From a virus (taxonomy: Duplodnaviria; Caudoviricetes): a stretch of 64,000 bases of DNA. Location: IMG/VR virus record IMGVR_UViG_3300032330_001742, positions 32,001-96,000 of that record; one strand, given 5' to 3'. The notes under the pieces were generated by a model that worked only from the letters and a program-made list of their open reading frames with translations, was not told the DNA's origin and made no database searches. Shown piece after piece: positions 9,905-19,625 of this stretch (position 1 is the first letter of the stretch; each line of letters starts with the position of its first letter). A program made the translations under genes and the position numbers.

Positions 9905-10429
9905 ATGACTTGTATTGCTGTAGTAAAACATGAAGACAAAATTTATATGGCTGGAGATCGTGGTGCTTCAGATGATGGTACCATTTTAGCACTTGATGCC
10001 CCAAAAGTTTGGAAGATTGGTCCTTATTTAATTGGATATGCAGGAGCAATGGATGGTGAACGAATTCGTTATAACTTTAAACCGTCACTTCCAAATATTC
10101 GTGACACAGATAAATTTATGCAAACCAAATTTGTTAAAGAACTGCGTGAATTTTATAATGAATTCTGGGTTGATACATCTAAAGATGGAGATCTTGGTTT
10201 AATTATCGCTGTTCGTGGAGAAATTTATGAACACAGTTCTGCAGATATGTCTTTATCTAAATACACACTACCTTATCTTGCTATGGGTTCTGGTGCAGAA
10301 TATGCTTATGGTGTTTTATACGCAACAGATAAACAAAAAAATGCAAGAAATAGAGTTATTCAGGCAGTTAACGCTGCAATTAAGTTTAGCCCATCATGTA
10401 TGGGCCCAGTTGACATTGTAACCATCTAA
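9905..10429 (+). CDS. Ntn-hydrolase (proteasome beta/HslV-like) protease
   Basis: N-terminal M-T nucleophile, AGDRG, KVW, AMGSG. Confidence 0.8.
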   Translation: MTCIAVVKHEDKIYMAGDRGASDDGTILALDAPKVWKIGPYLIGYAGAMDGERIRYNFKPSLPNIRDTDKFMQTKFVKELREFYNEFWVDTSKDGDLGLIIAVRGEIYEHSSADMSLSKYTLPYLAMGSGAEYAYGVLYATDKQKNARNRVIQAVNAAIKFSPSCMGPVDIVTI

Positions 10430-10444
10430 GGGTATACTTAATAT

Positions 10445-10648
10445 ATGAATCACACACACGATGATTTATCACCAGAAGAACAAGAGTTTGGTATTTGGTT
10501 ATCAAATGGTATTGATCGTGGCTGGGTAACACCACCATATTGCAATACACATGATGGTGGATACGAATATATTGGTGAAGAAGAAGCAGAAGAATGGGAA
10601 GCAGGTGGCGACCCATGCCAACATGTCGTCAGATTGATGATATCTTAA
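10445..10648 (+). CDS. hypothetical protein (leaderless)
   Basis: 67-aa ORF 6 nt after TATACT. Confidence 0.65.
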   Translation: MNHTHDDLSPEEQEFGIWLSNGIDRGWVTPPYCNTHDGGYEYIGEEEAEEWEAGGDPCQHVVRLMIS

Positions 10649-10665
10649 AAATGAAAAGGAATAAA

Positions 10666-11451
10666 ATGAAAAAGATCATAGCACTAGCAGCAGTATTATT
10701 TTCAGTTGTAGTACCAATTCAAGCAAATGGAGCAGAGACTAAGTCTCTTGTAATTATCGATAGTTATTTTGATTCTAAAGTAACAGATAAAAATGTATCA
10801 TGTATTGTTGTTTCAACAAATTCTTCATGTACAGATGTTGTAACTATTACTAGTCCACTTGTTGGAAATGTTATTAATCATGGTAATGCAATGGTAGAAG
10901 TTGCTAAACGACAAAATGCAAACCTAAAAATTATTGCACTTAGGTCTGCACCTGCAAGCGCAAAGTCAGTTGCAGATGTTACGCCAGCAATGTTTATTGA
11001 TGCTCTAAAGTGGGTAGACAATAACTCTAATAATGTAGGAGCAGTATCATTCTCAAGATACTTTAATCATGCAACAAAGCCATGTATGCCAACTACATCA
11101 GCACCATATACACCAGAATTAGCAGATGCAGCAATCAAATCTTTGATCTCATCACTTAACTCAAAGGGTATTCAAATTTTTGCAGCAACAGGAAATACAT
11201 TTGGAAGTACAAAGATTGATTATCCAGCATGTCTTTCATCAGTAAATGCAGTAACAGCACCAGGACTTGCCGATAACTCTGCAGTAAAATATTCTGCAGA
11301 TCTTATTAGATTGCCATTGCTTGGTGATAACTATTTATCATCAGTCTTTAAGGCTATTCCTCTAACTACATCTTCTGCTACAGCATCAGTTGCAGCACAA
11401 TATGTTAGCCTTGGTTCTATTATTGGAAAGCCAGTCAAAGTAACCGCTTAA
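10666..11451 (+). CDS. secreted subtilisin-like (S8) peptidase
   Basis: Signal peptide; IIDS (Asp), NHGN (His), AATGN (oxyanion), TTSSATA (Ser). Confidence 0.7.
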   Translation: MKKIIALAAVLFSVVVPIQANGAETKSLVIIDSYFDSKVTDKNVSCIVVSTNSSCTDVVTITSPLVGNVINHGNAMVEVAKRQNANLKIIALRSAPASAKSVADVTPAMFIDALKWVDNNSNNVGAVSFSRYFNHATKPCMPTTSAPYTPELADAAIKSLISSLNSKGIQIFAATGNTFGSTKIDYPACLSSVNAVTAPGLADNSAVKYSADLIRLPLLGDNYLSSVFKAIPLTTSSATASVAAQYVSLGSIIGKPVKVTA

Positions 11452-11458
11452 AAGGTTT

Positions 11459-11531
11459 TGGACTGTAGTTCAGTTGGTAGAACACTCGACTGTTAATCGA
11501 GATGTCGCAGGATCGAGACCTGCCAGTCCAG
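11459..11531 (+). tRNA. tRNA-Asn(GUU)
   Basis: Acceptor TGGACTG/CAGTCCA; anticodon arm CTCGA-CTGTTAA-TCGAG; T loop ATCGAGA; no encoded CCA. Confidence 0.9.
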
Positions 11532-11575
11532 CAAAGAATGATATAATATACTTATAAGATCCGTAGGAGGATACA

Positions 11576-12373
11576 ATGGCAACAAAAGGTTCACTAGAAG
11601 CAATTATTGAAATTGCAAAAAAAGAAATTGGAACTATCGAAGGTCCAAAAGATAATGAGACAAAGTATGGGAAATGGACTGGAGCAAACTTTTTGCCATG
11701 GTGCCAATCATTTGTTTCATGGTGTGCATTTACTGCAGGACTAGATCCTAAAACTTATCCAAAGAGTGCAGCGACAGTTGCAGCATCTGATTGGTTTAAG
11801 AAAAATGATCGTTGGGCAGATGCTCGTAATGATGATCCAACTCCAGGAGACTGGATTTATTTTGATTTTCCAGATGATGGTGTTAATCGTATTTCTCACG
11901 TAGGTCTTTGCATTAAGAATAATGGCGATGGAACAATCCAAGTTATTGAAGGCAATACTTCAGGAACTGCTAAGGGAGACCAACGCAATGGAGGAATGTG
12001 CGTAGAAAAAACTCGTGCATATGTAAAGAATAATAAGCCTAAGTTAATGAATGCAATTGTTGGTTGGGGTCGTCCAGTATATGCTGGTGAGGAAAACCTT
12101 CCATTACTTTCAAAGGTAGGGTCGTCCGATGCACCAGTTAAAGCATCAAAGCCTGCTGCAACAGCACCTGCTGCTAAAAAAGAGTTTAAAGCATTTAAAA
12201 TTGGATCTAAAGGTTCTTCTGTAAAGAAGGTTCAGGATGCACTTGGGCTTACTGCAGATGGAGATTTTGGTCCAGGAACAGATAAAGCGGTAAAGGATTT
12301 TCAAAAGAAAAATAAGTTAACTCCAAATGGAATTGTTGATTCAATTACCTACAAGAAAATTTTAGGTGCATAA
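11576..12373 (+). CDS. endolysin: CHAP domain plus peptidoglycan-binding domain
   Basis: PWCQSFVSW, SHVG, IEGNT; C-terminal VKKVQDALGLTADGDFGPGT..VKDFQ. Confidence 0.9.
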   Translation: MATKGSLEAIIEIAKKEIGTIEGPKDNETKYGKWTGANFLPWCQSFVSWCAFTAGLDPKTYPKSAATVAASDWFKKNDRWADARNDDPTPGDWIYFDFPDDGVNRISHVGLCIKNNGDGTIQVIEGNTSGTAKGDQRNGGMCVEKTRAYVKNNKPKLMNAIVGWGRPVYAGEENLPLLSKVGSSDAPVKASKPAATAPAAKKEFKAFKIGSKGSSVKKVQDALGLTADGDFGPGTDKAVKDFQKKNKLTPNGIVDSITYKKILGA

Positions 12374-12574
12374 ATGGAGTCAACTAAAAGAACATCTATT
12401 AAAACTATTACTTGGGAAACTTTTCATCTAACAGTACTTGCTGGAATTATTTATGCATTTACTGGTGAATGGGAGTATGCAACACTTGGAGCAATATTTT
12501 ATATTGCTATTGAATCATTTGGATATTTTATACATGAAAGATTGTGGGCAAAGTTTGGGAAAGGGGTAAGGTAA
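12374..12574 (+). CDS. DUF2061-like membrane protein
   Basis: KRTSIKTITW...YFIHERLW. Confidence 0.75.
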   Translation: MESTKRTSIKTITWETFHLTVLAGIIYAFTGEWEYATLGAIFYIAIESFGYFIHERLWAKFGKGVR

Positions 12575-12683
12575 TGCGTATTAAAATTATCAAGTTTGTA
12601 GTTAAAACACTTGGGTATGAATGGGGCGGAGAAAACCTTAAACTACCTTATTGGACAGTAAAAGCAAAAAAGAAAAATTAAGC

Positions 12684-12869
12684 ATGGCACTGTACGAATA
12701 TGATTGCATGCCATGTGCAAAAAGATATACAAAGGAGCGGTCTATAAAAGATAATGATCCTGGATACCAATGTGAAGTTTGCAATGCTAACTTAGTTCGT
12801 GTATACTCTAATGTAGGAGCAGTTTTTAACGGCAGTGGTTTTTATAGCACTGATAATAGAAAGAAGTAG
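12684..12869 (+). CDS. FmdB-family zinc-ribbon protein
   Basis: MALYEYDC..C...C..C...FNGSGFYSTD. Confidence 0.8.
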   Translation: MALYEYDCMPCAKRYTKERSIKDNDPGYQCEVCNANLVRVYSNVGAVFNGSGFYSTDNRKK

Positions 12870-12875
12870 TATACT

Positions 12876-13130
12876 ATGAATACAATGATTGAGACACCAG
12901 AAGAAATAAAAGAATGGACTCTACGGGCAACAGATAGGTGTGATTCCTGTGCTGCAGAGGCATTAGTTCAAGTAACTGGACTTAATGGTGATCTTTTATT
13001 TTGTGGACATCATTATAATAAAATTATGGACAATCCAGAATCATATAAAAAGATGATGTCTTTCATGATTAGTATTGTAGATGAAAGAGATAAACTTATT
13101 GAAAATAAAGAAAAGGGTAAAGACTACTAA
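12876..13130 (+). CDS. actinobacterial-type small Cys/His protein
   Basis: DRCDSCAAEA...LLFCGHH. Confidence 0.65.
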   Translation: MNTMIETPEEIKEWTLRATDRCDSCAAEALVQVTGLNGDLLFCGHHYNKIMDNPESYKKMMSFMISIVDERDKLIENKEKGKDY

Positions 13131-13642
13131 TGATTATTCAAATGATGGGTATGGATTCAGAAACAAGAGAAAAACTTGGTAGATCACTAGCAAGCAAACT
13201 TGATGCTTGGTATTTAGATAGCAAAGATTTGCCAATGGGTCATACACAGCCACAGCAGGCACGTTGGTTGCGTGTTGTAGCAAAGGTTTATGACAGAAAT
13301 AATCGTGGACATATAATTACAAGTGGTTTTTTTGCAACAGCAGAAGCACGTGAGCAGTATCGTATTGAAGGTGGAAGACAGGTACCAGATTTTTCTGTAT
13401 ACGTTGATACAATACCACATGATCAATTTCACACAATTCCAGGATATGTAGAGCGAGTGGTAAACAATGTAGATGATCATACTAAAGATGAGATGCAGAG
13501 ATTAGATTATTGGGAAGAGCCAACTGAATTTGATTATGATTTGATTATTAAAGATGCTTCTAATATTGAAGAAACTGTAAAATATATTTTAGAAAAATAT
13601 AACAGTAAAATGACTAATTATACTATTATAACAAAAGGATAA
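13130..13642 (+). CDS. degenerate APS-kinase-like protein
   Basis: Colinear with the 14192 N-domain (QARW/QARR, VDTI, WEEP/WEDP) but the P-loop is replaced by GMDSETRE. Confidence 0.6.
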   Translation: MIIQMMGMDSETREKLGRSLASKLDAWYLDSKDLPMGHTQPQQARWLRVVAKVYDRNNRGHIITSGFFATAEAREQYRIEGGRQVPDFSVYVDTIPHDQFHTIPGYVERVVNNVDDHTKDEMQRLDYWEEPTEFDYDLIIKDASNIEETVKYILEKYNSKMTNYTIITKG

Positions 13643-13643
13643 T

Positions 13644-14195
13644 ATGTCTAAAATTGCAGAAAAGTTTAATTTTAAATATGTACGTGATTTCAATGTAGAT
13701 AAAATAATTGATATTGCAAATTTAAATAAAGATGTTTGGTTTTTTGAAGAACCAGATGTAAAAGTTTATTCAAAATATTATGCGGTATATGAGTCATCAA
13801 TTCATTGGAAACCAGAAAGTGAACCATTTGTAGTAACTCAAGAATCAAATGATGAACAACTTTTAAGTCTTCTTGAACCAATTATTTTTCATTTAGAAAT
13901 GCTTTGTGATGGAGTACGTGCTGAGGTTATTATTACTAATCTAAGAGGATATAATAAAATTGACTTGCATATGGATCATGGTCCCTATCTATCAAAAGTA
14001 AGAAGGCACCATATACCATTGATTACTTCAGAACTTGTTGATTTTTGTGTTGGAAGTGATAAGGTAAACATGAAGGTTGGTGAGTGTTGGGAAATTAATA
14101 ATAATAGACCACATTCAGTACAAAACAATGGCAATGAAGATCGTATACATGTTATAATTGACATAATGCCAAAAACAGAAATGGGAAATATATGA
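13644..14195 (+). CDS. Asp/Asn beta-hydroxylase-like 2OG-Fe(II) dioxygenase
   Basis: HMD, RHHIPLIT, WEINN..HSVQN...RIHVIID. Confidence 0.85.
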   Translation: MSKIAEKFNFKYVRDFNVDKIIDIANLNKDVWFFEEPDVKVYSKYYAVYESSIHWKPESEPFVVTQESNDEQLLSLLEPIIFHLEMLCDGVRAEVIITNLRGYNKIDLHMDHGPYLSKVRRHHIPLITSELVDFCVGSDKVNMKVGECWEINNNRPHSVQNNGNEDRIHVIIDIMPKTEMGNI

Positions 14196-14959
14196 TAATA
14201 CTTTTTATAGGATTGCCAGGTGCTGGAAAAACCAGTATTGCTGGAGCAGTATCAGATAGGATTAATGGTTTGCACATTAATGCAGATGAAGTAAGAGGTG
14301 GACTCAATAAAGATCTTGGATTCACGCCCGAAGATCGCATTGAGCAAGCAAGACGTATGGGTGAACTTGCACGATTAATGGAAAACAAGCAAGACCGTCC
14401 AGTGATTGTTGATTTTGTTTGTCCAACTGAAGAAACTCGTAAAGCATTTGGTGAAGCAGATCTAGTTGTTTGGGTAGATACAATTAAAGAGGGTAGATTT
14501 GAAGATACTAATAAACTTTGGGAAGACCCACAACACTATGATCATCGTATTGAAGTAACTGGAGATGATTATTTAGATTCATTGCCAACACGAGCAATTA
14601 CAGTTGTTCGCAAGTTTGGACTTATTGATTGGAAAGAAGATACAGTTCTTCTTCTTGGTCGTTACCAGCCTTGGCATGAAGGCCACCGTGCTCTTTATGA
14701 AGAAGCAAAGAAGAGGGCATACCAGGTTGTTATTGGAGTACGACATACATCTGGTATGACAGAAAAAGATCCACTACACTTCCATGAAGTTAAGCAGCAC
14801 ATACTAAATGATGTTCCAGATGCATTTGTAGTTAAGATGCCTAACATTACTAATATTGTTTATGGTCGTGATGTAGGATATAAGATTGAACAAGTAGATT
14901 TGGGGGCAGACATTCATGCTATTAGCGCTACGCAAAAGCGTAAAGAAATGGGTATTTAA
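14192..14959 (+). CDS. cysC: adenylylsulfate kinase fused to an HxGH nucleotidyltransferase domain
   Basis: GLPGAGKT, NADEVR, DLGFTPEDR; second domain GRYQPWHEGH...ISAT. Confidence 0.8.
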   Translation: MIILFIGLPGAGKTSIAGAVSDRINGLHINADEVRGGLNKDLGFTPEDRIEQARRMGELARLMENKQDRPVIVDFVCPTEETRKAFGEADLVVWVDTIKEGRFEDTNKLWEDPQHYDHRIEVTGDDYLDSLPTRAITVVRKFGLIDWKEDTVLLLGRYQPWHEGHRALYEEAKKRAYQVVIGVRHTSGMTEKDPLHFHEVKQHILNDVPDAFVVKMPNITNIVYGRDVGYKIEQVDLGADIHAISATQKRKEMGI

Positions 14960-15018
14960 TTTCTTTTTAAGTAATGATTTAGCAGACAAAGAAGCAAGAC
15001 TCTATTTTAAGGATAAAG

Positions 15019-15228
15019 ATGAAAGTAACTAAGCAAAGATCTGCGTTAAAGGCAATAACTTGGCGCATAATTGGAACTGCGGATACCTTTGTACTATCAT
15101 ATTTTATAACACACAAAGCAATTACTGCTGCATCAATTGCAGGGTTTGAGGTACTAACAAAAACAATTCTTTATTACTTTCATGAGCGTGGTTGGAATAA
15201 AGTTAAATGGGGGAGAAAGAATGCGTAA
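15019..15228 (+). CDS. DUF2061 membrane protein
   Basis: RSALKAITWRIIGT...YYFHERGW. Confidence 0.85.
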   Translation: MKVTKQRSALKAITWRIIGTADTFVLSYFITHKAITAASIAGFEVLTKTILYYFHERGWNKVKWGRKNA

Positions 15229-15862
15229 AGTATTAGTAACAGCAATCATCAGCATTGCACTTATTGGGGGCACAGCCCAAGCAGCAGGACCAGTATCATA
15301 CAAGGATGCTACAACGGCCTTAAATAGCCTTAAGGTGGCAGATGAGGTGCGTACAGGGTACAAGCGCACACTCTTTAAACATTGGACTGGAGCAGGCAAT
15401 GGATGTGATTCTCGCAAAGCAGTAATCATTTCTGAAGCAATCGTTAAGCCAGTTGTTGAAAAGGGTTGCGTTATTAAGGGTGGAGAATGGTTGTCTATCT
15501 ATGATAATGTTAAGGTTACAGAAGCAGGGAAGTTGGATGTAGATCATATGGTTCCACTTGCCGAAGCCTGGGATTCTGGAGCATCTGCATGGGATGCAGC
15601 AAAGAAAGAAATGTATGCCAATGATCAAACAGATCCAAGACATCTTATCGCAGTAACTGGGGGATCGAATAGATCTAAGTCAGATCAAGATCCAGCAGAA
15701 TGGATGCCAACGAATAAGGCCTATGCATGTGAGTACCTAACTAATTGGGTATCTATCAAGGTTCGTTGGAGTCTTTCTGTAGACAAGAAAGAAAAAGATT
15801 TTATTACAACTGCATTAAAGCCATGCAAAAATACAAAGTTTAGCGTGGTGCCAGTAAAGTGA
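15221..15862 (+). CDS. secreted HNH-type nuclease (DUF1524 family)
   Basis: Signal peptide; LDVDHMVPLAEAWDSGA, NRSKSDQDPAEW. Confidence 0.85.
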   Translation: MRKVLVTAIISIALIGGTAQAAGPVSYKDATTALNSLKVADEVRTGYKRTLFKHWTGAGNGCDSRKAVIISEAIVKPVVEKGCVIKGGEWLSIYDNVKVTEAGKLDVDHMVPLAEAWDSGASAWDAAKKEMYANDQTDPRHLIAVTGGSNRSKSDQDPAEWMPTNKAYACEYLTNWVSIKVRWSLSVDKKEKDFITTALKPCKNTKFSVVPVK

Positions 15863-16119
15863 AGCACATACTTTATTTTACAGCAGACTGGTGCAATCCA
15901 TGTCAGAGAACAAAGCCAGTTGCAGAAGAGTTGATGACTGAAGGACTTATTAACTTTACTTTTATTGATGTAGACATTGAATTAGAAATGGCAAAAGATT
16001 TTGAAATTAAATCTGTTCCTACTTTTATTTTAATTGAAGATAAAAAAATTATTGCTAGAACCAATGGAGCAAAAACAAGAGAACAGTTTTTAGAATTTAT
16101 TGGAAATCAACTTGACTGA
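15859..16119 (+). CDS. thioredoxin
   Basis: FTADWCNPC, SVPTF. Confidence 0.9.
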   Translation: MKHILYFTADWCNPCQRTKPVAEELMTEGLINFTFIDVDIELEMAKDFEIKSVPTFILIEDKKIIARTNGAKTREQFLEFIGNQLD

Positions 16120-16441
16120 AGATGATTTTATAGAAGCCTTGATTTTAAATGGTGCCTTAGAGGTAACTGCAATAGATATAGATTCTGGAGAACCACTGTA
16201 TAAGTTTACAGATAAACTAAGAGAGTTTTCTCCAGAATTATATGAAACCCAGCAGTCAATGTTTCATGAAGAACTCATGTCACTTTGGGAAGATGGTTTC
16301 CTTGATCTAGATCCAATGGAAAAAAATCCAATGGTAAAACTAACCTTTAAAGCATTTAGTGCTGTTGAAATTGACAAACTAGATGATTCAAAAAAGTCAA
16401 TGCTTAAAGAAATAATTAGAATAATGTTAACAGAACACTGA
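16100..16441 (+). CDS. hypothetical protein
   Basis: 113-aa ORF in operon. Confidence 0.65.
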   Translation: MEINLTEDDFIEALILNGALEVTAIDIDSGEPLYKFTDKLREFSPELYETQQSMFHEELMSLWEDGFLDLDPMEKNPMVKLTFKAFSAVEIDKLDDSKKSMLKEIIRIMLTEH

Positions 16442-16453
16442 TATACTTACAGT

Positions 16454-16882
16454 ATGAGTGCTTTTGAAAACTATTTACTGGGCTTTTTTTCAACAATTTT
16501 TATTTTTTTCTGTGTTGCAAAACTATCTGCCAAGATGTTTGTAATTGAAAAGGTTAAGAGTCCATACAGGTATAGTCAAAAAAATATACACTATTTAGTT
16601 AGTCCATATATTGGGGTTATGCCAAACAAACCAAAAAATACTCAATCTTTAAAGCATTTTAATAAAACTAATTTAAAGGTAATTATTGTAGATGGTGAGG
16701 CATTTTGGGTAAAGGATAATACACTTTATACAGCCAAGGTAAATCATGAGGGTGTTGATAAAGATACCACATCTGTAGTTGACACAATGAGTATGGATAA
16801 GGTACAATTAGATAAGATGTTGTTCATTATAGATCAACTAAGAGATGGGAATAGTAATGATAGTAGGGGTCCAAGGTACTAG
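16454..16882 (+). CDS. membrane-anchored hypothetical protein
   Basis: N-terminal TM; leaderless after TGATATACT. Confidence 0.65.
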   Translation: MSAFENYLLGFFSTIFIFFCVAKLSAKMFVIEKVKSPYRYSQKNIHYLVSPYIGVMPNKPKNTQSLKHFNKTNLKVIIVDGEAFWVKDNTLYTAKVNHEGVDKDTTSVVDTMSMDKVQLDKMLFIIDQLRDGNSNDSRGPRY

Positions 16883-17207
16883 TAGTTTTGAAGACTACAA
16901 TGTATTTTTAAGAGCAATGGCAGTTGCCATGTCTGGTATGCCTGTAGAAGATAAAACTTTTGACTTGTACACTGCTGGACCAGTAAAAATTAATTCTATG
17001 GTTTCTGAATTTGTTAATGTGTCAGAGCGTGGAATGAAATCTCGTGGAAAAAAGATTAGATCCTACAAGGTTCCACCAAGTTGGATTGAAGAAAACATAT
17101 CTGCGATAAATTATTTGGCTTTTTTTAGTCAGCCAAAAGAAAATGCTTCACATTTAGTTAAAGTAGCAGAAGAAAACAATATTGAAGTCGGAATATTCAA
17201 ATACTAG
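16857..17207 (+). CDS. hypothetical protein, SLOG/YspA-like
   Basis: MIVGVQGTSSFEDY N-terminus resembles the SLOG family. Confidence 0.45.
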   Translation: MIVGVQGTSSFEDYNVFLRAMAVAMSGMPVEDKTFDLYTAGPVKINSMVSEFVNVSERGMKSRGKKIRSYKVPPSWIEENISAINYLAFFSQPKENASHLVKVAEENNIEVGIFKY

Positions 17208-17220
17208 AATGGAAAATAAA

Positions 17221-17430
17221 ATGATTGTAAAAGATTTAGAAACTATGGAGTCAATTGTAACTTCAAACAAGACACTTTTTTGGGATGGATGGACAGTTGT
17301 TAATTCTTATCCTTCAGAAAAAGGTCGTACATCTAAGAATGGTGCACTTGTTGATTCTAAGTGGCACATTCAAACTCGGTATGAACCAAACCAAGATGGC
17401 TGGAATATCCCTTCAAAGTTTGCAGGTTAA
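17221..17430 (+). CDS. hypothetical protein
   Basis: ORF containing LFWDGWTVV. Confidence 0.6.
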   Translation: MIVKDLETMESIVTSNKTLFWDGWTVVNSYPSEKGRTSKNGALVDSKWHIQTRYEPNQDGWNIPSKFAG

Positions 17431-17433
17431 AGT

Positions 17434-17724
17434 ATGAAGAAGCATGAGTGGAAAGATGATGCTCTATGCTTAGAATATGATACTAATCTATTTTTTGATA
17501 AATATGAGGAAGATGAACTTCTAAGACCAGCAATAGATAAACTATGTTCTAACTGTCCAATTAGTAAAAATTGTTTTGCTGTTGGTATAACTGGAAAAGA
17601 GTGGGGAGTATGGGGTGGTGTTTATCTAGAAGGTGGAGAAATATCTAGAGAATTCAATAAGCATAAAGATAAAGCAACATGGGGAGATACATGGAAGTAC
17701 TTAACAATGGAGTCAGATAACTAA
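17434..17724 (+). CDS. whiB: WhiB-family transcription factor
   Basis: W..DALC...LFF...CSNCPISKNC...GVWGG: four Cys plus the G(V/I)WGG turn. Confidence 0.9.
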   Translation: MKKHEWKDDALCLEYDTNLFFDKYEEDELLRPAIDKLCSNCPISKNCFAVGITGKEWGVWGGVYLEGGEISREFNKHKDKATWGDTWKYLTMESDN

Positions 17725-17961
17725 ATGTATACAGACGCAATGAAGAGGGCTTTTAGATCTTTGACACCTCCTGCAAACTTTTCTGTTTCTATTATTGATG
17801 ATGAGTTTTTTTTAACAGTATTAGCAAAAGAAAAAGATTTTATGCAGTTAAGCGTAGACGATAAATACCGTGCTGTAGAATATATGATAAGGGTTAAGAA
17901 TGCATTAGAGGATAATGGTGCAGTAGTTCAACTTGTAAGAGAAGGAGGAAAACGTGACTAA
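17725..17961 (+). CDS. hypothetical protein
   Basis: 78-aa ORF abutting whiB. Confidence 0.65.
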   Translation: MYTDAMKRAFRSLTPPANFSVSIIDDEFFLTVLAKEKDFMQLSVDDKYRAVEYMIRVKNALEDNGAVVQLVREGGKRD

Positions 17962-18370
17962 TATTTTTTATTATTTTATTTTTATTTCTTTTGTTGCTAT
18001 GTTTTCTATTTTACTAATTAACTGGAATATGATTAAAATTGAAAATACAAAACTTAAATCACAAATGATTGATGTAATGCAGCAAAATCAAATATTTAAA
18101 ACTTTGCTGGATCAAAAAGATAGTGCTAATGTTGAAAAAACTGAAGCATTTTTAAATTTTGTTACACAGTCTAGAGATTGGGCTTTTGAATATATTGAAG
18201 ATGTTCAGCGTGTAATAAATAGTGTTTTAAAGCAAACAGAATCAACTGTTAAATATCACAATGAGTTTTCTTCACTAGTTATTGAACCATACAAAAAACA
18301 ACTAGATACACTAGTTAATGCTATTGAGGAATTAAAATTTTTACTACCAAACGAGGAGTTCTTTAAATGA
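17954..18370 (+). CDS. membrane-anchored coiled-coil protein
   Basis: N-terminal TM; SRDWAFEYIE. Confidence 0.6.
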   Translation: MTNIFYYFIFISFVAMFSILLINWNMIKIENTKLKSQMIDVMQQNQIFKTLLDQKDSANVEKTEAFLNFVTQSRDWAFEYIEDVQRVINSVLKQTESTVKYHNEFSSLVIEPYKKQLDTLVNAIEELKFLLPNEEFFK

Positions 18371-18525
18371 AAGACATTATACTATCAACACTAACAGGTT
18401 TTGGATGTGGCATTGTTTTTGCTGCATTCAAATTGCCAGTACCAGCACCACCAGTTTTTGCGGGAGTCGCAGGAATTATTGGTTTATGGATTGGCTTCAC
18501 AGTACTAACAAACGTTATATCCTAG
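18367..18525 (+). CDS. XapX/DUF1427-like membrane protein
   Basis: G..CGIVFAAFKLPVPAPPVFAGVAGIIGLWIG. Confidence 0.75.
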   Translation: MKDIILSTLTGFGCGIVFAAFKLPVPAPPVFAGVAGIIGLWIGFTVLTNVIS

Positions 18526-18535
18526 GAGGAATAAT

Positions 18536-18814
18536 ATGAATGAACAAGTTAAAGCACTACTAGCATCATACGGACGCTCTGTTCTGGGTGCTGCAATCGC
18601 ACTATACATGTCTGGGGTTACAGATCCTAAGACTCTTGCATACTCATTGGTTGCTGCACTTGCACCAGTTGCATTGAGAGCAGTAAATCCAAATGATACG
18701 GCTTTTGGTAGACTACCAGCACTTGCTGATGTTGAGTCTGCAGTAAAGTCTGTAAAGGTCAAGAAGGCACCTGCCAAGAAGGCTGTTGCTAAGAAGGCTG
18801 CACCAAAGAAGTAA
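18536..18814 (+). CDS. holin-like membrane protein with a Lys/Ala tail
   Basis: ASYGRS..AA, two TMs, LRAVNPNDTAFG, KKAPAKKA tail. Confidence 0.55.
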   Translation: MNEQVKALLASYGRSVLGAAIALYMSGVTDPKTLAYSLVAALAPVALRAVNPNDTAFGRLPALADVESAVKSVKVKKAPAKKAVAKKAAPKK

Positions 18815-18823
18815 TATATAAAT

Positions 18824-18864
18824 AAAATAGGCTAGGAGAATAAAACCTCTTAGCCTATTTTTTT
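18824..18864. terminator. bidirectional intrinsic terminator
   Basis: AAAATAGGCTAGGAG-loop-CTCTTAGCCTATTTTTT between convergent genes. Confidence 0.8.
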
Positions 18865-19570
18865 ATGCCTCAAATAGGTTTGTAAAGATTGGCTTGTATG
18901 GAAAGTCTAAGCCTTTTCTTCTGGTATCAGTTTCTTTTTGATCACCAAAATAAAAAAATGAAACAACTGTCCATCTAGGATTTCCTGCAGTAATTTCAAG
19001 AATCTTGTGTTCATATGAATATGCTGAAGGAAAAATAAATAACTGACCCGCTTTAGGTTTAATTGTAACTCCAAAGTGAATAAACTCTAGTTCACCACCA
19101 ACATAATCATCATTAGGATAGTAAACCATAGATACAGTTCTTGGTGTTGCTAACGTATCATCTGCATGTGCACCAAAAAATTCTCCATTAGAGAATCTAG
19201 AAATACGCAAACTTTCTCTGCTTTTTGGATCTAGGTTCCAATGGTATAAATATGAGTTTACTGGACCACTAAACGCATTGTTTGCATCTGGATAGTTGTA
19301 CACCCAGCATGTATCAGATTGCTTACCATTTTCTTTTGTATATTCCAAATCATCAAAAAAATCTTCTCTAACCCATTTTTTATAACCTGGCTTATCACTA
19401 TTCTTTTCCCAAAATTCTTTTGTAAGTGTTTCATTAAAAAACTCCATTGAGTTTGGCCAAACATTATCATATATGTGCATTCCTGGAAATGGGGTTGTAA
19501 ATTTAAACTCATTACCATTTTGGTCTACAGTCACCCCACGGGCTGCGTTATTCAATCTTTGTTGATCCAT
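18863..19570 (-). CDS. 2OG-Fe(II) dioxygenase (prolyl-4-hydroxylase-like)
   Basis: HADD, YPNDDYVGGEL, FPS..YEH, RWTVV. Confidence 0.85.
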   Translation of the reverse strand: MDQQRLNNAARGVTVDQNGNEFKFTTPFPGMHIYDNVWPNSMEFFNETLTKEFWEKNSDKPGYKKWVREDFFDDLEYTKENGKQSDTCWVYNYPDANNAFSGPVNSYLYHWNLDPKSRESLRISRFSNGEFFGAHADDTLATPRTVSMVYYPNDDYVGGELEFIHFGVTIKPKAGQLFIFPSAYSYEHKILEITAGNPRWTVVSFFYFGDQKETDTRRKGLDFPYKPIFTNLFEA

Positions 19571-19625
19571 AATATTCCTTTGTTCTTAACAATTATACCA
19601 TAGGTGTTTCTGGTATACTTTCTAG

